Positions 25,136-34,329 of a DNA stretch of 54,895 nucleotides are shown piece after piece. The DNA lies in contig CAZMOT010000004.1 of the NCBI GenBank assembly GCA_964568065.1, positions 1 through 54,895 of the forward strand, given 5' to 3'. Origin of the DNA: an uncultured Anaerolineales bacterium. GTDB lineage: Bacteria > Chloroflexota > Anaerolineae > B4-G1. Under the pieces are notes generated by a model. That model had not been told where the DNA came from and did no database searches. It saw only the letters and a program-made list of their open reading frames with translations. The number at the start of each line of letters is the position of its first letter. Position 1 is the first letter of the stretch. The translations under genes and the position numbers were made by a program.

Positions 25136-28100
25136 ATGATGAAAACCAGCAAGTTACTCACGGCTTTTGCTCTCGGCCTGGGCTTGACCCTGGCCCTCTT
25201 GTGGCTGCTGACCAGCGCGTTGCCGGTTGTCCGCGCGGACACTATTGGCGTGACCACCACCAATGACGCCGTACCGGGCGATGGCGAGTGCTCGCTGCGC
25301 GAGGCCATCATTGCCGCCAATACCGATAACATCACAGATGCGTGCCCCGCTGGCAGCGGGGCCGACGTCATCACCTTGACGACCGGCACCTACGTCCTGA
25401 CCCGCACTGGCACCGGCGAGGATGCTTGCCTGTTCGGCGACCTGGACATCACCGACACGCTAACCATCGTCGGGCTGGGCCCTGATCAGACGATCATTGA
25501 CGCCAGTGGCGTCATCTCCGATCGGGTGTTCGACATCCGCCCTGGCGCGGGCACGGTCGTTATCTCCGGGGTGACGATCATGGGCGGCAACGTCACCGGC
25601 AGTGGCGGCGGCATCTATAATGAGGATGCCGCTCTAACCCTCATCAACACCGTCGTCAGCAGCAACACCGCCACAAACGGCGGCGGGGTGTTCGTCAATC
25701 AAGGCAGTGCGACATTGAGCGGGGGAGAGAGCCTCAGCAACACCGCCAGTAGCAACGGCGGCGGAGTGTTCATTTCATCTGGCAGTGTGACGTTGAGTAG
25801 GGGGCAAATCCTCGGCAACTCGGCCGGCAGCGGCGGTGGGGTGTATCTCCTTAACAACACTGCTACCTTTACTCAGACTGGCGTCAGTACCATTACCCGC
25901 AACAGTGCTACCAACGGCAGCGGGGTGTTCGTCTACTCTGGCGGTGCGACGTTGGGTGGGGGAAAAGTCCTCAACAACACCGCTGGCGCCTACGGCGGTG
26001 GGGTCTACGTCCGCTCGGGCAGTGCAACGTTGAGCGTGAGTGGAGGGCAGATCCTCAGCAACACCGCTGGCACCTACGGCGGCGGGGTGTATGTCTACCA
26101 GGGCAGTGCGACGTTGAGCGATGGACAAATCGTCAGCAACACCGCTAACAACGGCGGCGGGGTGTACGTCTACGATGGCAGTGCGACGTTGAGTGGGGGG
26201 CAAATCATCAGCAATTCCGCCAGCGACGACGGCGGTGGGGTGTACATCTACTTTGGTCAGGCGACGTTGAGCGGGGGGCAAATCATCAGCAATTCCGCCA
26301 GCGACGACGGCGGCGGGGTGCACGTCTATCGGGAGACTGCCGCCTTCACCCAGATCAGTGGCACCATCAGCGGCAACACCGCCAGTAGCAACGGCGGCGG
26401 GGTGTACGTCAATCAGGGCAGCGCGACGCTGGAGGGGGGGCAGATCGTCAGCAACAGCGCCGACTACGGCGGCGGCGGGGTGTATGTCTACAATGGCAGC
26501 ACGACGTTGAGCGGGGGGCAGATCGCCAGCAATACCGCCCCCGACGGCGGTGGGGTGCACATCCAACAGGAGTATGCCGTCTTCACTCAGACTGGTGGCA
26601 CCATTAACAACAACTCCGCCACCAACAGAGGCGGCGGGGTGTACGTCAGTCAGGGTAGCGCGGCGCTGGAGGGAGGGCAGATCGTCAGCAACACCGCTAC
26701 CGGTACAGACTACGGCGGCGGTGGCGGGGTGTACGTCTACGATGGCAGCGCGACGTTGAGCAAGGGAGATATTCGCGGCAACACCGCCACCGGCACAACC
26801 ACCTACGATGGCGGCGGCGGGGTGTACGTCCGTTTCAGCGGCGCGGCGTTGAATGTGACCGGGGGGCGAATCGTCAGCAACACTGCCGAGAACGACGGTG
26901 GTGGCGTGTACATTTACCACGGCAGTGCGACGTTGAACGGAGGGCAAATCATCAGCAACACCACCGACGATGCCGGCGGCGGTGTGTACGTTGGTTATGG
27001 CAGTGCGATCTTGGGCGGGGGGCAAATCTGCGGCAACACTGCTGGCAGAGGCGCGGGGATATATGTCGGCGACGTTAGCGCCACGTTCACCCAGACTGGT
27101 ATCAGTACCATCACTCACAACATCGCTGACTACAACGGCGGCGGGGTGTACGTCGACTATGGCAGCGCGACGTTGAGCGGAGGGCAGATCGTCAGCAACA
27201 CCGCTAGCACCAACGGCGGCGGGGTGTATGTCGATGGGAGCACTGCCGCCTTCACCCAGACCGACGGTACTATTGAGGATAACTCTGCCACCACCCTCGG
27301 CGGCGGGGTGTACGTCAACAATGGCAGTGCGACGTTGAGCGGAGGGCAAATCCTCAGCAACACCGCCACCAGCGGCGGCGGGGTGCACGTCCGCTATGGC
27401 AGCGTGACGATGAGCGGGGGGCAAATCCTCAGCAACACCGCCAGCAACGGAGGCGGGGTGTACATTTTCAATGGTAGTGCGGCGATGAGCGGGGGGCAGA
27501 TCCTCAGCAACACCGCCAGCAGCGGCGGCGGGGGAGTGTATTTCTCCAGTGGCAGTATGACGATGAGCGGGGGGGAGATCCGTAACAACACCGCCCGCTG
27601 GGGTGGCGGGGTGAACGTCGTCAATCAGGGTGCCAGCTTTGTTCAGACCGGCGTCAGCACCATCACTCACAACGTCGCCAGCATCAACGGCGGGGGGGTG
27701 TACGTCAACAATGGCAGTGCAACGATGAGCGGGGGGCAAATCATCAGCAACACCGCCAACAACGGCGGGGGGGTGTACGTCTTTCAGAGCAATGGTATCT
27801 TCACCCAGACCGGCGTCAGTACCATTATCCACAACTTTGCCAGCAACGGCGGTGGGGTGTACGTTGACGAAGGCAGTGCGACGTTGAGTGGGACGCAGGT
27901 CACCAGCAACACCGCCAGCAATAACGGCGGCGGCATGTACAACGATGCTGGCACGCTGAGCCTGGTCAACACTACCGTCAGCCGCAATACGGCTGGCAGC
28001 GACGGCGGGGGTCTCTATAGTAGTGATGGTGATAGCGCCACAACCACGCTGACCTACACCACCGTCGCCAGCAACACGGCAGCCACTGGAGTAGGTGGTG

Positions 28101-29140
28101 TTTATGTATTGAGCGGCACGGTCCTTCTGAAGAACACCATCGTCGCCTACAATGGCATAACCAATTGTGGAGTGTCAGATGGTGAACTGGCCTCGAATGG
28201 GTACAATCTGGAAGACGGCACCACCTGTGGCTTCACCGCTACTGGCGACCAGCCCAACACCGATCCGCTCCTCGGCCCGCTGGCCGACAACGGCGGCACG
28301 TTGGTCCACCCTCTCCTGGATGGCAGCCCGGCCATTGATGCTGGCGTCTGCATCGCCGGAATCACGACCGACCAGCGCGGCCAGCCTCGACCCAATCCGG
28401 GCAGCTCCTTCTGCGATATCGGGGCCTACGAGTCCGACGCCGGTGGGGCCACCGACCTGATCCTCACCAAGGTCGTCACGCCCACCGCCGGTGGCCCTGG
28501 CGACGTGATCACCTACACGTTGACCTTCAGCCACACGGGGCCGAGCGGGGCCGTCGGTGTGGTCATCACCGATAGCGTGCCGGTCAGCATAGCCGTTCAG
28601 AGTGTCATCAGCAGCGGGGTGGCTATCGCCCCGGTCGGCAGTTCGCTCTACACCTGGCAGGTGCAGGACCTGGCACCGGGAGAGGGGGGCATCATCACCA
28701 TCACCGGCATCGTGACGACCGGTCTGCCCGCCGGGCACGTCTTCACCAACAGCGCCACCATCACCAGCACAGCGGTAGACCCCGACACGGGCAACAACGG
28801 CGACGTGGCGGGGGTAACGGTGCTCAACGTCCCGCCAGTGGCGACGGGCGACGTCTACACCACCACAGGTACCCCACTGGCGGTGGCCGCGCCGGGTGTG
28901 CTGGGCAACGACAACGACGCGAACAGCGATCCGCTGACGGCGGTGAAGGATAGCGACCCGGTGAGCGGCACGCTGGCGCTGAACACGAATGGGTCCTTCA
29001 TCTATACGCCGACGGTGGGTTTCAGCGGCGTGGTCACCTTCACCTACCACGCCAACGACGGGACGGCGAACTCGGACACGACCACAGTGACGATCACAGT
29101 CAGCGGGTACTACATCTACCTGCCGCTTGTCCTGAGGTAA
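25136..29140 (+). CDS. Large surface protein: CSLREA domain, GGGVY beta-helix repeats, choice-of-anchor Q-like region, DUF11, Ig/cadherin-like domain, YLPLVLR tail
   Basis: Signal peptide; CSLREAI; over 25 N.A..GGGVY repeats; DPLLGPLADNGG...GSPAIDAG...DQRG...CDIGAYE; GVLGNDND...NGSFIYTP. Confidence 0.92.
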   Translation: MMKTSKLLTAFALGLGLTLALLWLLTSALPVVRADTIGVTTTNDAVPGDGECSLREAIIAANTDNITDACPAGSGADVITLTTGTYVLTRTGTGEDACLFGDLDITDTLTIVGLGPDQTIIDASGVISDRVFDIRPGAGTVVISGVTIMGGNVTGSGGGIYNEDAALTLINTVVSSNTATNGGGVFVNQGSATLSGGESLSNTASSNGGGVFISSGSVTLSRGQILGNSAGSGGGVYLLNNTATFTQTGVSTITRNSATNGSGVFVYSGGATLGGGKVLNNTAGAYGGGVYVRSGSATLSVSGGQILSNTAGTYGGGVYVYQGSATLSDGQIVSNTANNGGGVYVYDGSATLSGGQIISNSASDDGGGVYIYFGQATLSGGQIISNSASDDGGGVHVYRETAAFTQISGTISGNTASSNGGGVYVNQGSATLEGGQIVSNSADYGGGGVYVYNGSTTLSGGQIASNTAPDGGGVHIQQEYAVFTQTGGTINNNSATNRGGGVYVSQGSAALEGGQIVSNTATGTDYGGGGGVYVYDGSATLSKGDIRGNTATGTTTYDGGGGVYVRFSGAALNVTGGRIVSNTAENDGGGVYIYHGSATLNGGQIISNTTDDAGGGVYVGYGSAILGGGQICGNTAGRGAGIYVGDVSATFTQTGISTITHNIADYNGGGVYVDYGSATLSGGQIVSNTASTNGGGVYVDGSTAAFTQTDGTIEDNSATTLGGGVYVNNGSATLSGGQILSNTATSGGGVHVRYGSVTMSGGQILSNTASNGGGVYIFNGSAAMSGGQILSNTASSGGGGVYFSSGSMTMSGGEIRNNTARWGGGVNVVNQGASFVQTGVSTITHNVASINGGGVYVNNGSATMSGGQIISNTANNGGGVYVFQSNGIFTQTGVSTIIHNFASNGGGVYVDEGSATLSGTQVTSNTASNNGGGMYNDAGTLSLVNTTVSRNTAGSDGGGLYSSDGDSATTTLTYTTVASNTAATGVGGVYVLSGTVLLKNTIVAYNGITNCGVSDGELASNGYNLEDGTTCGFTATGDQPNTDPLLGPLADNGGTLVHPLLDGSPAIDAGVCIAGITTDQRGQPRPNPGSSFCDIGAYESDAGGATDLILTKVVTPTAGGPGDVITYTLTFSHTGPSGAVGVVITDSVPVSIAVQSVISSGVAIAPVGSSLYTWQVQDLAPGEGGIITITGIVTTGLPAGHVFTNSATITSTAVDPDTGNNGDVAGVTVLNVPPVATGDVYTTTGTPLAVAAPGVLGNDNDANSDPLTAVKDSDPVSGTLALNTNGSFIYTPTVGFSGVVTFTYHANDGTANSDTTTVTITVSGYYIYLPLVLR

Positions 29141-29143
29141 ACC

Positions 29144-29347
29144 TGCCCTGAGCACAGTCGAAGGGTCGAAGAGCTGGTGCTCAGGAACCAGCAGTAGCCT
29201 TCGGAGATATCGTGCTGGCTTCGGATAATCAGCAGGACAGCCCATAGAGCAGCATAGGTGCCCGGCACTTCCAAAGTGCCGGGCACCTCGATAAGAGATG
29301 ACTCTGTAAGAGCAAACCTCCCGAAGGTTAATAGCCTTCGGGAGGTT
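29144..29347. repeat. Intergenic cluster of three different palindrome families between convergent genes (probably also terminating)
   Basis: CCCTGAGCACAGTCGAAGGG; AGGTGCCCGGCACTT-CCA-AAGTGCCGGGCACCT (29256-29288); AACCTCCCGAAGG...CCTTCGGGAGGTT (29315-29347). Confidence 0.75.
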
Positions 29348-29349
29348 CT

Positions 29350-29415
29350 CTACTCCAGCCCGTGAGCCTCCAGCAGTCGCTCGTCGGCCAGGAGATCCTC
29401 AGTTGGGCCGCCGGC
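29350..29415 (-). pseudogene. Orphan 3' end of a cbiO-like ATPase gene
   Basis: Translates GPTEDLLADERLLEAHGLE*, matching the LMSDVALMEAHGLE end of CbiO at 30455-31225. Confidence 0.6.
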
Positions 29416-29434
29416 GCGTTGAAACAACTCCGTT

Positions 29435-29671
29435 TTACTTCTCCAGCGCCTCAAAGGCGGCGGTGAGTGCGTCGTTGCAGGCTGCTATCCGCGCTATGGC
29501 CTCCTCTATTTGCCGCGCCGTCTCCTCTTGTCCCAGCTCCCGCGCCTTCGCTGCCCAATCTCGAAAACTGTTCGCGTGTTCCTCGTTTTGCTCGATCCAG
29601 TGAGGGAGCAGGATGCGCAGTTTCCCCAGTTCGCGTCCTCCGTGCTCGTGATTGTGGTGCTCTCCAGACAT
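29435..29671 (-). CDS. Small His-rich helical protein, probable metal binding
   Basis: EHHNHEH, KLRILLPHWIEQNEEHA; follows cooT. Confidence 0.8.
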   Translation of the reverse strand: MSGEHHNHEHGGRELGKLRILLPHWIEQNEEHANSFRDWAAKARELGQEETARQIEEAIARIAACNDALTAAFEALEK

Positions 29672-29678
29672 AGGAAAT

Positions 29679-29900
29679 TTATCCCTCGACGGTGGGTGGC
29701 TCTGCCGGCGCCGGACGCAGATGGACGGTGTGCTTGAGAAAGTCTATTTTCTCGATGCGCCCCTGCACCAACTTCTGCTCGCCCAGCAGATTGACCAGCA
29801 GGTAAGCGCCGCTTTCAGGCTCAGGCTGCACCAGCACCACGTCCTCCATGACTTTCTGCTCTTCGCCATTCTTGCTGACGTAAACTTTTGCTTCACACAT
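29679..29900 (-). CDS. cooT: CooT-family nickel-binding protein
   Basis: MCEAKVY...MEDV...LLGEQK...I..IDFLKH; GGAGG RBS. Confidence 0.88.
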   Translation of the reverse strand: MCEAKVYVSKNGEEQKVMEDVVLVQPEPESGAYLLVNLLGEQKLVQGRIEKIDFLKHTVHLRPAPAEPPTVEG

Positions 29901-29931
29901 CTCACACCTCCAATGCAAACTTCGTGAACTG

Positions 29932-30354
29932 TCAACTCCCATTGGCCTCCAGTTCTTCCCGGATAACTTCGATAGCAGCGAGAATTTGCTTGGTGAGCGC
30001 CTTCCACTCGATGCCCACGATCTCGAAGTGGGGTTGGTTGATGGGCAGGAGTAACTTGCGCCCTGGCGCCCCGGCGATTGCCTCGGCCATGCTCGGCGTG
30101 ACCTCGCCCAGCAGAGAATTGGGGATGACCACGCCGATGGGGGCCAGGATGAAGTCGGCCTGCCCGATGGACACCCGGATCGCGTTCTCGCCGCTGGCTC
30201 CCCGGTTGGCGCGGGCGTGCATCATCTTCTGAGTGGCGACGGCATTGGTGCCCAGTGCCAGGATCTCCACGTCCAGCGGCAGTTCCTGCCGCAACTGAGT
30301 CACGATCTGGGTGCCGATGCCCCCGCCTAGCCCATCAATTACTGCGATAATCAT
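29932..30354 (-). CDS. DUF3842-family protein
   Basis: IAVIDGLGGGIG, LALGTNAVAT, GASGENAI, NSLLGEVTP.MA.AI. Confidence 0.88.
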   Translation of the reverse strand: MIIAVIDGLGGGIGTQIVTQLRQELPLDVEILALGTNAVATQKMMHARANRGASGENAIRVSIGQADFILAPIGVVIPNSLLGEVTPSMAEAIAGAPGRKLLLPINQPHFEIVGIEWKALTKQILAAIEVIREELEANGS

Positions 30355-30362
30355 AGGGCTCC

Positions 30363-30404
30363 AATGAACAGTGAACAGTGAACAATGAACAATGGACAAT
30401 GAAC
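30363..30404. repeat. Heptamer tandem repeat (A[AG]TG[AG]AC)x6
   Basis: aatgaac agtgaac agtgaac aatgaac aatggac aatgaac. Confidence 0.85.
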
Positions 30405-30454
30405 ATTCTACTGCGAGTGAGCGCGGCTGTCAATCCGGCCTATGCACCTATCTG

Positions 30455-31225
30455 TTAGTTACCCCCTGCTTTCCCATGATGCGGCTCTGTGTGGGGAACG
30501 AGGGAGTGGGGCTTTTCCAGGCCGTGCGCTTCCATCAGCGCCACGTCGCTCATCAGGCGGCGAGGGTTTCCGTCGGTGACGATGCGTCCCTCGTCCATCA
30601 GGATCACCCGGTTGCATACCTCCAGAATTAGTTCCAGGTCGTGGGAGGCGATGAGTAGCGTCTCCTCCGATGCCTGCAAGAAGCGGATGAGGCGACGCCG
30701 CGAACGGATGTCGAGGTTGGCGTTCGGCTCGTCGTAGATCACCAGCCGGGGGCGCATCGCCAACACGCCTGCGATGGAGACCATGCGCTTTTCGCCGCCG
30801 GAGAGGTGATGGGGCGCGCGGTCGGCCAGCGCCAGCACTCCCGTCGTTGAGAGCGCTTCCGTTGCTCTGGCCGCCACTTCCTCTTTTGGAAACCCCAGGT
30901 TCTGCGGGCCGAAGGCGACGTCGTCCCGCACCGATGGGCAAAAGAGTTGGTCGTCCGAATTCTGAAACACCATGCCGATCTCGGGCCGGAAGTCCCTGTG
31001 CTTCATCGGCTCCCCGAAAAGCGTAATTTCACCCGCGTCCGGCTTCAGCACGCCGCAGATGGTCAGGAACAAGGTCGTCTTCCCGGCGCCGTTGGGGCCG
31101 ATCAAGCCAATCCGCTCCCCCGGCATGATCTCCAGCCTGACGTCCCGTAACACGTCGGGCTTGTCTGGGTAGGAAAAGGACAGCCGAGAAATCGAAAGCG
31201 CAGGTCGTTGCATCTGGGACTCCAT
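30455..31225 (-). CDS. cbiO: Co/Ni ECF transporter ATPase
   Basis: GPNGAGKT, VFQNSDDQLF, LSGGEK, YDEP, SHD. Confidence 0.93.
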   Translation of the reverse strand: MESQMQRPALSISRLSFSYPDKPDVLRDVRLEIMPGERIGLIGPNGAGKTTLFLTICGVLKPDAGEITLFGEPMKHRDFRPEIGMVFQNSDDQLFCPSVRDDVAFGPQNLGFPKEEVAARATEALSTTGVLALADRAPHHLSGGEKRMVSIAGVLAMRPRLVIYDEPNANLDIRSRRRLIRFLQASEETLLIASHDLELILEVCNRVILMDEGRIVTDGNPRRLMSDVALMEAHGLEKPHSLVPHTEPHHGKAGGN

Positions 31226-31229
31226 CAGA

Positions 31230-32018
31230 CTATCCTCCCAATCCCCGAAGGGAGATTTCCACGGCGACGAAGCCCGCCGCCACGACGAGGACGCCGCCTA
31301 GCGCGATCACGTCGCGGAGGCGGGCCTGAAACTCGTGGCGCAGGCGCGGGGCGCGTCCGTACCCTCGCAGCATCATGGCTTTGTAGACCCGCTCGGATTG
31401 CTCGTAGCTGCGCACCAGCAGGCTGCCGGCCAGCGAAGCCAGGGTGCCGAGGGTGCGACCGCCGGGACAGTGCGCGCGGAAACCGCGCAACCCCATCGCC
31501 GTTTGCATCACCTGCAGATCGTCGCCCACTTCGTAGAGGTAGCGGTAGGAGAAGAGAGTCATATCGGCCAAAATGGAGGGAAGCCCCAGCGCCCGCATGG
31601 CCTTGATCGTGGTCAAGAAAGGAGCCGTTCCGAAGAGCACCAGGCCGGTCGTCAGGATGGAGACAAACTTGACGACGATCACCAACAGTGCCAGGCACCC
31701 CTCCTGCCGCAGGGCCAGGGGGCCGATGCGTGCGACGACGGTTGAGCCGGAAAGAAAAGGCAGCAAGAGCGCCACGATCAGGAGAAAGAAGCCGGGAGCG
31801 CGCAGTCGGGTCAGAAGAAAAGAGAGCGGCATCCGGGAGGCTGTGTAGAGCACAGCCGTGACCGCCAGCATCGCCGGAAGCAGTCGCAGGTCTTGTACGA
31901 AGGAGAAGGCGAAGATCAAGGTCATCAGGCCGACGAGCTTGCTCCTCGGTTCCCAGCGGTGCAGCGCCGAGTCCACGTCCGCGTATTCATCGAGTCCGAT
32001 TTTCATCCCCTGCCCCAT
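31230..32018 (-). CDS. cbiQ: Co/Ni ECF transporter T component
   Basis: S.LHRWEPRSK, FSYRYL, AMGLRGF, RSYEQSERVYKAMMLRGY; start may be 32006. Confidence 0.92.
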   Translation of the reverse strand: MGQGMKIGLDEYADVDSALHRWEPRSKLVGLMTLIFAFSFVQDLRLLPAMLAVTAVLYTASRMPLSFLLTRLRAPGFFLLIVALLLPFLSGSTVVARIGPLALRQEGCLALLVIVVKFVSILTTGLVLFGTAPFLTTIKAMRALGLPSILADMTLFSYRYLYEVGDDLQVMQTAMGLRGFRAHCPGGRTLGTLASLAGSLLVRSYEQSERVYKAMMLRGYGRAPRLRHEFQARLRDVIALGGVLVVAAGFVAVEISLRGLGG

Positions 32019-32652
32019 TGTCGAGCAACTCTGGCTTGACCCGTCGCAGAAAGAGTACCACCAGCGTGGTGAAGATGCCTTCGAGAACCATCAGCGGCGC
32101 GTGGGCCAGCGCCAGCACGCAGATACTCGCCCGCTCCGCTGCGGCGTCGAGGTGGGTCGGGATGAAGGTGGTCAAGAGAATCGAGAAGATGAGGACGGCG
32201 ATGCCAAGCCCGCCCGCACCGGCCAGGAAGCCAAACACGCCGGTCCGCACTCGGCTCTCCTTCCCCCCTACGTTGCGCAGCCGGAAGACGAAGTGGGCCA
32301 GGAGCGCGGGCGCCCCCATCATCGTCGCGTTCACCCCCAGCGTGGTCAGGCCGCCATGTTGGAGCATCACCGCCTGGAAGAAGAGACCGATGAGGATGGC
32401 CGGGAACGAGTAGTAGCCCAACACTGCTCCCAGGAGCCCGTTCAGCACCAGGTGGACGCTGGTGGGCGGCACCGGGACGTGGATCCAGGAGGCGACGAAG
32501 AAGGCGGCAGTGAGCAAGGATGCCTTGGGAATGTTCTCCTGGGGATTCTCTTTCTGGCTGATCTTGCGCAGCGAGTACCACGTCGCCGCGCCTGTAGTCG
32601 CGTATCCGGCGGCGGAGACGGCGACCGGCAGCACGCCATCTGGAATGTGCAT
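31987..32652 (-). CDS. cbiM: Co/Ni ECF transporter S component CbiM/NikM
   Basis: Signature N-terminus MHIPDG; SVHL, FQAVMLQHGGLTTLGVN, LEGIFT. Confidence 0.95.
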   Translation of the reverse strand: MHIPDGVLPVAVSAAGYATTGAATWYSLRKISQKENPQENIPKASLLTAAFFVASWIHVPVPPTSVHLVLNGLLGAVLGYYSFPAILIGLFFQAVMLQHGGLTTLGVNATMMGAPALLAHFVFRLRNVGGKESRVRTGVFGFLAGAGGLGIAVLIFSILLTTFIPTHLDAAAERASICVLALAHAPLMVLEGIFTTLVVLFLRRVKPELLDNGAGDENRTR

Positions 32653-33089
32653 CAGGCTCTCCTCCGTGAGAAAAACAGTGCGGTGCCGATGAACCCCCAG
32701 ACGACGCAAGCACCCATCAGCACGATTTGGAGGGGCGTGTAACCGGTGCTGCCCGAGACGGCCACATTATCGCCAATGGGAATATGTACCATATCGCCGT
32801 GGCCCGCCTGGCGCACTTGTACGTCCCAAGTCCCCGGCTTGGCGGGGTCAGGCGTGAAGACGAAGCGGCCACCCTCGTCGCAGATTCCCGTCAGCCAGGG
32901 TGTGGATGGCTCGTCGGGGGCGTAGACCGTGACCTGTCCGCCGGCCATTGGTTCGCCGGTATCGTAGGCGGCGACGATCTCCACCGACATGCCGATGGTA
33001 TATTCGATCTTCACGCCGTGGGCGGACACCGCCGCCGTCAGGATGAGGGAAAGAAGGAGAGCGAGCGGTAGAGCGGGTTTCCATTTCAT
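32652..33089 (-). CDS. CbiL/NikL-like accessory component
   Basis: Signal peptide ending A-H-G, AYDTGEPM, GHG motif, C-terminal TM; overlaps the cbiM start. Confidence 0.8.
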   Translation of the reverse strand: MKWKPALPLALLLSLILTAAVSAHGVKIEYTIGMSVEIVAAYDTGEPMAGGQVTVYAPDEPSTPWLTGICDEGGRFVFTPDPAKPGTWDVQVRQAGHGDMVHIPIGDNVAVSGSTGYTPLQIVLMGACVVWGFIGTALFFSRRRA

Positions 33090-33105
33090 ACGTGTAGCCT
33101 CCTGT

Positions 33106-33147
33106 ACCTCGGAGGTCTCCCGCGAGCGAAGCGGTGACCTCCGAGGT
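33106..33147. repeat. REP doublet ACCTCGGAGGT...ACCTCCGAGGT
   Basis: Same core as the pair inside the MITE at 22586-22727. Confidence 0.7.
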
Positions 33148-33156
33148 TTCGAAAAT

Positions 33157-33954
33157 CTAATGCGTCTCACTGTGGCAGTGGCCTTCGCCAACGTGACCCA
33201 GCGTGGGCAGAATGTCCACTAGCATCTGATAATCCCCGGCCGAAAGCACCGCTTGCAAGCCGGCCATATCCGCATCCAGCCTCCCACCCTCCGCGGCCTC
33301 GGCGAACGGCTCGAAACCCACGGCACCGATGTTCAGTTCGTCGTCCATCGGCGTCTCGGCGTCACCGAAGACGTGGTCGAAGTGGAACGTCATCTCCGCA
33401 TCGGCAGTGCCGTCCGCCTGGAGCACGCCCTTGCGCTCGTCGCCGACGTACTCGCCGCAGGTGTAGGTGTATTCTGTCTCGATCTTGATCGTGAAGTCAA
33501 CGGTCTGCCCGCCCTTCTCGGCGGTGCCGACGACGACCAGGGAATAACCCGCCGCCGGGCCACCGGAGGCCGGCACCATTTCCCAGGAGAGGGCGTTGTA
33601 GTGGCCTGTTGCTGTGTCCCGCACCTCGCCCACGAGGATCGGCGGAGCGTTCTCTCCCCCCTCTGCCAGGTCCATGGTGTGCGTTCCGTCCAGGCTCGCC
33701 TGGGACCGGGATTGCACTTGAGCGCCCTCGTGCGGATCGTAGGGAGGATCGGATTGATAGGCTGTGACCTCCGCCAGGGTGACGTACACGTGATCGAAGG
33801 TGATGGCCCAGCCGTCTTTGGAGACGAAGCCCTGTCGGACAAAATCCTCGCCGTTGGCGTAGAACTGGAACGTTCCTTTTTCCCCTCCACAACCTACCAG
33901 AACAGTTGAGGCCAGGAGGGTCAGAATCATTAGCGTGGCAAATGACTTTCTCAT
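33157..33954 (-). CDS. Lipoprotein (DUF4382-like), probable metal-binding partner of the ECF system
   Basis: AAGGAG RBS, lipobox LVGC, ANGEDFVRQGFVSKDGW, TFHFDH.FGD, HVGEGHCH. Confidence 0.85.
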   Translation of the reverse strand: MRKSFATLMILTLLASTVLVGCGGEKGTFQFYANGEDFVRQGFVSKDGWAITFDHVYVTLAEVTAYQSDPPYDPHEGAQVQSRSQASLDGTHTMDLAEGGENAPPILVGEVRDTATGHYNALSWEMVPASGGPAAGYSLVVVGTAEKGGQTVDFTIKIETEYTYTCGEYVGDERKGVLQADGTADAEMTFHFDHVFGDAETPMDDELNIGAVGFEPFAEAAEGGRLDADMAGLQAVLSAGDYQMLVDILPTLGHVGEGHCHSETH

Positions 33955-34131
33955 TTTTCTCTCCTTATGAAATTTGATGTTGAGCGTGATCTTCGCCGCC
34001 TGGTTCCAGCCAGACTCGGCTCCCGCCGGTCGTGCAGCCTTCATGGCCTCTGTCAATTCTTCACCGGAAAAGCTCGCAAATAGCCGTCTGATGGGTTATG
34101 GGTGGATTAGAGCATTTTGCACCTCCGGGAC

Positions 34132-34177
34132 AAAAATAAATCGCCACGCGCCGGGTTTCCACCCGGTTGATGGCGAT
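34132..34177 (-). terminator. Terminator-like hairpin inside the Ni/Co operon leader
   Basis: ATCGCCA..CCGGGT-GGAA-ACCCGG..TGGCGAT followed by TTATTTTT on the minus strand. Confidence 0.6.
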
Positions 34178-34250
34178 CTTCATGATACGCTATTACCGAT
34201 CTTATGTCGGGCCGACTTCATGTCGGGCTGACTTCGTGCCAGCGGGGAGG

Positions 34251-34279
34251 AATATACCACAAACGCCGAAAAATGTCAA
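34251..34279 (-). promoter_or_regulatory. Sigma-70 promoter of the Ni/Co operon
   Basis: TTGACA, 17 nt, TATATT with extended TG. Confidence 0.75.
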
Positions 34280-34329
34280 ACTGCCCACAGCGCCGAACGC
34301 GAGGCCCGGGGGCAAAAGGGCGGCTGCAT

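Noticed and set aside
25775-27832. 685-aa antisense ORF
   Set aside because: Mirror of the repetitive GC-rich beta-helix gene; no independent motifs
30363-30404. Heptamer repeat as N-terminal coding extension of DUF3842
   Set aside because: Family similarity starts at MIIAVIDG (30354); similar short heptamer runs are intergenic elsewhere (about 24900, 41655)
33960-34250. Cobalamin riboswitch ahead of cbiMQO
   Set aside because: No recognisable B12-box or associated conserved motifs found by eye
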